Shown: in pieces, positions 57,273-64,000 of the stretch
Layout of the letters: each line of letters opens with the position of its first letter
Position numbering within the stretch: the stretch's first letter is position 1
From: a virus
Taxonomy: Duplodnaviria; Caudoviricetes
Strand: one strand, 5' to 3'
DNA length: 64,000 nt
Virus record (IMG/VR): IMGVR_UViG_3300037249_001000
Span: 1-64,000 of that record
The notes under the pieces: model-generated
The model's database searches: none
Seen by the model: the letters and a program-made list of their open reading frames with translations, nothing else
Told to the model about the DNA's origin: nothing
Translations under genes and position numbers: made by a program

Positions 57273-58538
57273 ATGATATATGCTATTATAAGTAATAATG
57301 ATATACCTGTAACTCAAATGCATACTTATCTTAAGAATGAAACTAATGATGATGGCGGAAATATTCCTGAAATATTTAATGACCTTGCATTGTCTGAATC
57401 GGTAAATGGATTATATGCATTTGCAATTGCATGTTTAGTAACTGATAATTTTACTAAACAATCATCATTATTTACAAATGATGAGGTGTCTATTTTGAAC
57501 TTTATTCAATATTTAAAAGGTATGGCTACCACTATTCAGAGAAAGCATAAAACTGATAATAGGTTATATGATAATTTAGTTAATACCAATCTTATTGGAA
57601 CTGCACCGACAATTTTAAATCTTGATGGTGATTTATTTAAAAATCACTATGATACTAATAAATATCATAGTAGAGAAGCTGCCGATGCTGCTGAAGATTC
57701 ATTTCCTTATTGGGTAATAAATATCATTAAAAAAATTAAAGATGTACAACCAATAATTAAACCAGAAAAAAATGTTAAATATGAGTTACCTTATTATATT
57801 CAAAATATTTCTAATGGTGACATAGAAATTATTGATAAAGACAAAAATGTTATTGGTAAGATCCCACCGTCTGGTACAGAACCTGTATCGGAAATAAATA
57901 ATGGTATTGCTAGATTAATGACTGTTCCTCGTCAGAATGCTTTTGTTGTTCTTAATGAAACAAAACTTGTACCTTGTAAACATCTTGTTTCAGAAGATGA
58001 ACTAAAGCCGAAGAATTTATTACAGATACCAGACGATGATTTATTCTATTTGAAAGCTAAGTCTAATATCAAATATAGAAAAGGTATTAATAAACACTAT
58101 TTATCAACAGAAAATAAAATTAAAAAGAATACTGTTATTGAAGTTGATAAAGCTCATGTATTTTTGGATTCGTATTATATTACAGATGATTTAGGTGTTA
58201 TTCCGATCACAAGTAATTATTTTACTATCTATAATAAACCTGAACCTAAAATTGAAGAAAAAACAACACACGAGGAACATATAAATTCAGTATCTAAAAA
58301 AAAGAAACCAGGTAAATATAAAGTTATTGTTGATATAAATAAAACTAAATATGATGGACATGGAGACCTAGTTACTGCAAAACTTCATAGTAAAGTATTA
58401 ATTGACTTGAATTATTTACTTGATAATAATACAAAATATAATAAAATTGTTTGTGGTGATTTCGATGATGAAAAATCAGCAATTGCACTTAAAAAGAAAA
58501 TTATTGCTTTAACAGGTTTTAAAGCAACTATTGAATAA
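57273..58538 (+). CDS. Degenerate GH73 glucosaminidase-like domain plus C-terminal SPOR-like domain
   Basis: ESVNGLYAFAIACLVTDNF resembles EGVxGDxAFAQxCLETGNF; KIVCGDFDDEKSAIALKKKI..GFKATI is SPOR-like. Confidence 0.5.
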   Translation: MIYAIISNNDIPVTQMHTYLKNETNDDGGNIPEIFNDLALSESVNGLYAFAIACLVTDNFTKQSSLFTNDEVSILNFIQYLKGMATTIQRKHKTDNRLYDNLVNTNLIGTAPTILNLDGDLFKNHYDTNKYHSREAADAAEDSFPYWVINIIKKIKDVQPIIKPEKNVKYELPYYIQNISNGDIEIIDKDKNVIGKIPPSGTEPVSEINNGIARLMTVPRQNAFVVLNETKLVPCKHLVSEDELKPKNLLQIPDDDLFYLKAKSNIKYRKGINKHYLSTENKIKKNTVIEVDKAHVFLDSYYITDDLGVIPITSNYFTIYNKPEPKIEEKTTHEEHINSVSKKKKPGKYKVIVDINKTKYDGHGDLVTAKLHSKVLIDLNYLLDNNTKYNKIVCGDFDDEKSAIALKKKIIALTGFKATIE

Positions 58539-58542
58539 ATGA

Positions 58543-58576
58543 ATACAAACCATATGAATATTCATATGGTTTGTAT
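58543..58576. terminator. Perfect 34-bp palindrome, bidirectional terminator
   Basis: atacaaaccatatgaat|attcatatggtttgtat. Confidence 0.8.
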
Positions 58577-58780
58577 ATATCATTTTTTATAATTAATAAT
58601 ATCAAGATTTTGAATCAGATGGTATTGTTTTATAAATTTTTGTTAACACAATTTGCTCATGAAGAGTTGGAATTATTTTATTATGTAATGTCTCATAATC
58701 TATCATATTATTTATAAAACAATAGGTTATTCGACTATATTTATTAAATGAAACATATTCCAAATAATCATCGTTATGTG

Positions 58781-59422
58781 CTAATACATGTTTAGCGGTA
58801 TTATCAAGTATATTATAAAAATCACCAAATTTTTATAATCTTGATATTGCCTACGATAAAACTCATAATAATTAATATCTTTATCATTATTAATAGACCT
58901 ATCCATTAAACGGGCAATTCTTTTATCTTCACTAACATATGGGTATATAACAATTATTTCAGATTCGTTATTAATTTCATGTTTTGATAAATCATAGATA
59001 TCACCAAGAGATGAGAACCATGATAATGATTGACTTTTTGAACGACCTCTAAGATGTAAGTTTATATACTTCATAAGTTGATCAATCGCACCATTACCAA
59101 TATATACATTATCTTTATCAAAATCAACTCCTGAAGAACCATAACAAACTGAATACGAATTTCCGGTTTTATCTGACATATAATATACACGATGCTCAGT
59201 TATAGTTTTTTTATGAACTTCTTCAATAAATGATTCATCAGTTAAAAATGTATAATCATCATCATTTTCACCTTCTCGTTTTTCTCTAGTTGTATATAAT
59301 TTCATTTTGTGTAATTTTTTTTGAGATAAGTTATTATCTCTATCATAAGCAATAAGTTCTTTTTGAATTGTATCTTTTCCAGAACCAGATTTTCCTGTAA
59401 TAAAAATAAGTCTACCAGCCAT
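58781..59422 (-). CDS. gmk: Guanylate-kinase-like P-loop kinase (probably extends to about 58602 via a frameshift near 58830)
   Basis: GKSGSGKDT, YTTREKREGE..DYTF, YG; the -1 frame stays open about 75 more codons. Confidence 0.75.
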   Translation of the reverse strand: MAGRLIFITGKSGSGKDTIQKELIAYDRDNNLSQKKLHKMKLYTTREKREGENDDDYTFLTDESFIEEVHKKTITEHRVYYMSDKTGNSYSVCYGSSGVDFDKDNVYIGNGAIDQLMKYINLHLRGRSKSQSLSWFSSLGDIYDLSKHEINNESEIIVIYPYVSEDKRIARLMDRSINNDKDINYYEFYRRQYQDYKNLVIFIIYLIIPLNMY

Positions 59423-59427
59423 AATAA

Positions 59428-60879
59428 CTACTCCATTCTCATCATAAAAATTTCTTTACATTTTTTTTGTAATACTGGTTTTATACGTTTAAACATTTCA
59501 TACGTATAACCGATAGATGTATCTACTAAATAAAATAAATACGTATCTTCGGTTTCAGAATATTCTCGTAATCTTCCTCTTAACTGATCTACTAATGCAT
59601 GAGATGCAATAGGTTCAGTATTGATTAATATTCTTAAACCTTTTATATTATCTCCCTCTCCTATTCCTTTTATAGTAGAAGAAATTATATCTTTAGTTAT
59701 AGATTCATCATTCTTATCTTTACTTTGTTTACTATGAACAACACCAATAGACTTGTCCGTTTCATATTTTAATGCATTTGCAATCATTTCAACAGATTCT
59801 ATTTTTGGTGATGTTATTAAAATCTTACCTTTAAGATTTTCTGTTTTATCAATTATATTTTTTATAATTTTAATCATTGTATTTTCTTCATCATTTTTAA
59901 GAGCATAATCAATATACCTATAAGAGTTAAATCCATATGCTCCGCCAGTAATATTTTTTATTTGTTGATAGGTTGGTTTGCTATGATAAAGTACAACAAC
60001 TAAATTTATATGTTTTCTTTTTTCTTCATAATTTAAAGTTTCTTCACCAAATCTATATAAAGATGAGAAAGCTTTTTTAAATATACCAATTTCTTTTGGG
60101 TCACTTCTTGTAAAAGTTGCAGTTAAATAATAACTACGTTTTACATTAGAAAAAAAATCAAGCATCAAAGTATTTTCAAAAAATTTATGTGCTTCGTCTA
60201 TTACCTTTACACCAACTTTTAATTTCTTGAAAAATACTCTAACATTTTCCCATGAATATAATCTAGCATAGCTAGAAATAGTCTGATGATTTACTATATA
60301 AATATCGGCTTCTCTTATACCATTTATTATACTCAATATATCATTAGAACCTTCGATACACATTATTCGATCTTCTGATATATCTGTCTTAGATAGAAAT
60401 TCATCATACCACTGTTTTTTAATTCTTGATTTATGTGTTATTATAATTGCTTTCATTCCCAATTTAACTATACCAGATATCATACAGTATGTTTTACCAT
60501 CACCTGTATCTAAGTTAAGTCCATACTGAGAATAATTTAATCCTTTTTTAAATTGATTTTCTGATGTTAAAAAATCAATTGATTCTTGTTGTATTCTATC
60601 TCGTGGTTCATATTTCATATCTATGAAACTTTTAATTTTTTCTGAACTGTCTGCTTTACTTACTAATATAGGTGTTGTTTTAAATAAATTAGCAAGTAAT
60701 GTCATTGATGTTCCTCTTGGTAAATATAGCACATTATCACTTATATAAAATCCTATCTCTATATATTTATGTGTTACATTATCCCATTTAGAATAACTTT
60801 TTTCTATTTGCGGAACATCACCTTTATTATATGGATATACTTCTATATGTGTATTATAAACTTTAATTGTATATGCCAT
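59428..60879 (-). CDS. Superfamily 2 helicase (DEAH, UvsW-like)
   Basis: TGDGKT, IDEAH, LTAT, QLRGRLR. Confidence 0.9.
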   Translation of the reverse strand: MAYTIKVYNTHIEVYPYNKGDVPQIEKSYSKWDNVTHKYIEIGFYISDNVLYLPRGTSMTLLANLFKTTPILVSKADSSEKIKSFIDMKYEPRDRIQQESIDFLTSENQFKKGLNYSQYGLNLDTGDGKTYCMISGIVKLGMKAIIITHKSRIKKQWYDEFLSKTDISEDRIMCIEGSNDILSIINGIREADIYIVNHQTISSYARLYSWENVRVFFKKLKVGVKVIDEAHKFFENTLMLDFFSNVKRSYYLTATFTRSDPKEIGIFKKAFSSLYRFGEETLNYEEKRKHINLVVVLYHSKPTYQQIKNITGGAYGFNSYRYIDYALKNDEENTMIKIIKNIIDKTENLKGKILITSPKIESVEMIANALKYETDKSIGVVHSKQSKDKNDESITKDIISSTIKGIGEGDNIKGLRILINTEPIASHALVDQLRGRLREYSETEDTYLFYLVDTSIGYTYEMFKRIKPVLQKKCKEIFMMRME

Positions 60880-60905
60880 TTTATCACACCTTAACAAAAA
60901 AAATA

Positions 60906-60938
60906 TGACCAGTAATAATTTTTATTTATTACTGGTCA
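60906..60938 (-). terminator. Intrinsic terminator
   Basis: tgaccagtaataa/ttattactggtca, followed by a T run on -. Confidence 0.75.
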
Positions 60939-60960
60939 CGTTATTATTTAATATGGAATA

Positions 60961-61275
60961 TTATCTGAACAAGCTTGAACGACTATTTCCGCCTTTTCTT
61001 CTTGCTCCATCAAACGGGTCATAACTTGAGCTTGAAGAATTATTATTCATTCCAACAAGTACCAGTGCCTTAGAAAGAATGATTACCTGTTCTTCAGCAG
61101 AGAATTTTGAAATCATCTTCTGAATATCTTTCTCGTTTGAACGCTGAAGATTATTTTCCTGCTGTCTACCAAGAATTACCTCAGCTACAAGACCTGCAGT
61201 CTTTTCAAGAATTTGATCTCTCTTTGAAAGTAAGTCCTCAATTTTTGTGTTTGCTGTTACGAATGTTTCTGACAT
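60961..61275 (-). CDS. Hypothetical protein
   Basis: 104 aa with RBS aaggag. Confidence 0.75.
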   Translation of the reverse strand: MSETFVTANTKIEDLLSKRDQILEKTAGLVAEVILGRQQENNLQRSNEKDIQKMISKFSAEEQVIILSKALVLVGMNNNSSSSSYDPFDGARRKGGNSRSSLFR

Positions 61276-61337
61276 AATTATTATCTCCTTTATTTTAAAT
61301 TAAAAATGTGTATATAATAAAATGATTTTTAATCATT

Positions 61338-63350
61338 TTATTTCCATGATTTTTTATATCTGAGAGTATTGGAATTTTCTATAAAATAATTGTGTGCATT
61401 AAATGAACCTTTTAGATGTTTCCACGTCCCATCAGATAATAATTCAAATGAATTATATTCATCTTCTTTAAAGACTTTTATAATCCATTTAATTTGTTCT
61501 ATAACATTTGAATCTTTCAAAGAGATTAATACTTCAATTCTCTTATCAAGATTTCTTGTTAATAAATCAGCAGATGAGATATAGTATTCAGGATTTTTAC
61601 TATTATAGAAATAATATATTCTTGAATGCTCTAAGAATCTTCCAACTATGCTTTTAACATATAGATTCTTTCTTGGTAATATTGAACATATACTCCTAGT
61701 AATAATATATACTTTCACTCCAGAGTCCGCTGCTTTATAAAGCTTATCTATAATAGGATCAGACAAAGAATTTACCTTAATAAATATTTCTGCTTTATGA
61801 CCTTTCTTTGCATTACGTATTTCTCTATTGATATTCTTTTCAATCGTAGAACGTAAATTTACTGGAGAATAAGATATCTTTTCCAACTTTTCATCAGGAC
61901 GTGAATGACCAGATAGGATATTGAATATATTCAACAAGTCTATTCCTATTTTACGTTTACTTGTTAAATATGAAATATCTGTATATTGCGTTGCGGTCTT
62001 TTCATTATAGTTTCCGGTTCCAACGTGAGAATAAATCTTTAACTCATCATTTTCCTCTCTTACAACGATACACATCTTACAATGTGTTTTAAGATATTCG
62101 GTACCTAAAAGAACCGTAACACCAGCATCTTTAAGTTTATCAATGAGATTGATATTATTTTCTTCATCGAATCTTGCTTTAATTTCAATAAGAACTGAAA
62201 CCTTTTTACCATTTCTTGCGGCTGTACATAAAGCATTTACTATAGGAGAATCAATACTTGATACTCTATATAAAGTTTGCTTTATTGCTATTACATGTTT
62301 ATCCATTGATGCATGCTCAATGAACCTAACAACTGTATCATATGAATCATATGGATGATGCAATAAAATATCCTCATACTTTAAGGCATCAAACAATGAA
62401 TAACAATTTTCAAATTTTTCATATTCAAATGGTTCAAAAGGTTTATAAACTTCATCAGATAATATGGGTTGCATAAATCTCTTGAATCTAAGAATTGTAT
62501 CAGATTCATAAACATGATTATTTGGAACATTAAATTCCCTCATGATAATATTTTTTAGGTCTTTATTATCTTCAATTTCGAGAAAGATTGGTTCGCTAAC
62601 TTTTCTCTTATTAAGAACATCTCTCATTCTATCAATAATAAATTTACTATTATCATGAGATAACACGAACGATGCATCTTTTATTAATCTAAAGGAACTT
62701 ATATTAAGAATTATTTCATTAATAAACAGAGTTTTATTTGCAAACTCTTTTATGATGTCCTCAATTAAAACAAATCTTTTATTATCAATTTTAATAATAT
62801 GGTCAATATCATTAGATATTGGAATAATACATAAAACATTATTATTTCCTTTTTCCAATATAACACCAATGCATAATTGACCACTCATCAAGTTTGGAGA
62901 ATAATTATCTGAATTAATAATAATCGGCGTTAATAACGGAAAGATATTATCCTGATAATAATCAAAAAGTTTATCTTTCTCTTTTTTATTCAAGTCTTTC
63001 ATTTTAACAAAAGATATATCTTTCTTTTCTTTAAGATATTTCTTCATATTATTCCATACAACTTTTTGGCTTCTCTTAAAATCAAGAATTTTATCTAAAA
63101 TTCTTTTGTATGGTTCAATGTCTTGATTCTCATATGCATAACTGAATCTAACTGATAGGAACTCATCTAAATTAGATTCTGTTATAGCTAAGAATTTCAA
63201 TCTTTCGTTTAATGGTACTTTTTTGTCATTTGCATAGTACAAAACCCTTGAGTTAAAAGAAACCCAGGAAAGCTCACGATTAATGAACTTTCCTGAGATT
63301 TTCTTTTTCTTTGGGTTTGCACTATAAGTCTCCAAATTCAGAGTCTTCAT
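61338..63350 (-). CDS. ppk1: Polyphosphate kinase 1
   Basis: INRELSW.FN.RVL, SNLDEF, IFPLLTP, LHHPY.S, IKQTLYR, EIKARFDEENN, LKTHCK, GTGNYN, SIVGRFLEHSRI, SSAD..RNL. Confidence 0.95.
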   Translation of the reverse strand: MKTLNLETYSANPKKKKISGKFINRELSWVSFNSRVLYYANDKKVPLNERLKFLAITESNLDEFLSVRFSYAYENQDIEPYKRILDKILDFKRSQKVVWNNMKKYLKEKKDISFVKMKDLNKKEKDKLFDYYQDNIFPLLTPIIINSDNYSPNLMSGQLCIGVILEKGNNNVLCIIPISNDIDHIIKIDNKRFVLIEDIIKEFANKTLFINEIILNISSFRLIKDASFVLSHDNSKFIIDRMRDVLNKRKVSEPIFLEIEDNKDLKNIIMREFNVPNNHVYESDTILRFKRFMQPILSDEVYKPFEPFEYEKFENCYSLFDALKYEDILLHHPYDSYDTVVRFIEHASMDKHVIAIKQTLYRVSSIDSPIVNALCTAARNGKKVSVLIEIKARFDEENNINLIDKLKDAGVTVLLGTEYLKTHCKMCIVVREENDELKIYSHVGTGNYNEKTATQYTDISYLTSKRKIGIDLLNIFNILSGHSRPDEKLEKISYSPVNLRSTIEKNINREIRNAKKGHKAEIFIKVNSLSDPIIDKLYKAADSGVKVYIITRSICSILPRKNLYVKSIVGRFLEHSRIYYFYNSKNPEYYISSADLLTRNLDKRIEVLISLKDSNVIEQIKWIIKVFKEDEYNSFELLSDGTWKHLKGSFNAHNYFIENSNTLRYKKSWK

Positions 63351-63361
63351 AGTGTTTCACC

Positions 63362-64000
63362 TCATTTATTATTTTCAAGTATTTTTGATAACTCGTCAGC
63401 ATTATCAAGTTCTGACAATTTAAATACATTATCTCGTTCTGATAAATATACCAAAGGTTCAGGTATCTTATCATCAGCATTATCAGTAGACTCAATAATA
63501 ACAGTCATTTTAAGACCAAGCATTTCAACCCATGCATTAAAATACTGAGTTGACATTTTTGTTTTCGTCATAAGTGCAGATTTCATATTTGAAATCATAT
63601 ACTTCTGCTTAACTCTTGACTTGTACTTGTTTAAAGAAATTGAAACCGTATTCAATACAGTTTTTATCAACTTCTTAAGAAAGTCATCTTTGTCATAAAG
63701 TACTGGATGAAATTCTTCTGAACCAGCATTTAAATCATTGATAATACTATCATCGAATGCTGGAGATGTATTTTTACTATTTACAGTTGCTTCAATAATT
63801 TCATTGGTATCAATTGAAACTATTTTATCAGCATTAAAAATACCTGTATCAGGATAACGAGAAAACTCTGTAACACCATCATCAGTAATCCACATATATG
63901 GATACTTGTTTACATCTTTTGCAGGCTTTTTAGATTTAAATATCCAAACATGATTAGTCTCAGTATTCACATATCCTTTACCATCTTCAAAATCATATTT
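63362..64000 (-). CDS. Hypothetical protein, probably 5'-truncated by the window edge; possible C-terminal HTH
   Basis: Frame is open from 63970 to the window end; NMKSAL..KMS..YF..W.EMLG is HTH-like. Confidence 0.6.
   Translation of the reverse strand, partial: KYDFEDGKGYVNTETNHVWIFKSKKPAKDVNKYPYMWITDDGVTEFSRYPDTGIFNADKIVSIDTNEIIEATVNSKNTSPAFDDSIINDLNAGSEEFHPVLYDKDDFLKKLIKTVLNTVSISLNKYKSRVKQKYMISNMKSALMTKTKMSTQYFNAWVEMLGLKMTVIIESTDNADDKIPEPLVYLSERDNVFKLSELDNADELSKILENNK

Noticed and set aside
2824-62358. Short ORFs antisense to or nested in long genes (e.g. 2824-3105, 4895-5245, 15122-15454, 28231-28722, 35774-36241, 44711-45082, 51617-52210)
   Set aside because: Shadow ORFs of real genes, with no RBS or promoter and typical antisense amino-acid composition
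41547-63350. groEL, ppk1 and gmk as evidence of a bacterial chromosome or prophage flank
   Set aside because: They are divergent, interleaved with jumbo-phage genes and share the phage promoter and terminator grammar
1-64000. tRNA/rRNA genes, integrase or transposase, nuclear shell (chimallin) or tubulin genes
   Set aside because: None recognisable by eye in this window; absence here says nothing about the rest of the genome

Overview
A very AT-rich (roughly one quarter GC by eye), gene-dense segment of a jumbo phage of the phiKZ/AR9(PBS1)-like supergroup, probably infecting a Firmicute (strong GGAGG RBSs; GH25+amidase+SH3b endolysin). It uses the standard genetic code, and I saw no tRNA, rRNA or CRISPR array. 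From left to right: (1) a cluster of paralogous internal-head-like proteins with repeated putative prohead-protease sites (x-x-E|S/A/G) and a shared acidic C-terminal tag (1-12.2 kb); (2) baseplate-like, FEN-like and SbcD genes; (3) a tail-fibre module including a decayed duplicate; (4) SbcC, small early genes and a dual-domain endolysin; (5) a homolog of the AR9 non-virion RNAP promoter-specificity subunit next to a GroEL-like chaperonin; (6) an SSB-like gene, a split family-B DNA polymerase subunit, primase, SF2 helicase, a guanylate-kinase-like gene and polyphosphate kinase PPK1. The intergenic DNA shows two phage promoter classes. AACA-N6-TA (AR9 late type) occurs in about 15 exact copies, and TATATTAT (early type) in about 11 copies, four of them inside a conserved 40-bp element. 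Nearly every transcription unit ends in a long AT-rich inverted repeat. Several candidate structured non-coding RNAs are present. Homology calls come from motif recognition and recalled sequences, not database searches. Some frameshifts may be homopolymer sequencing errors.
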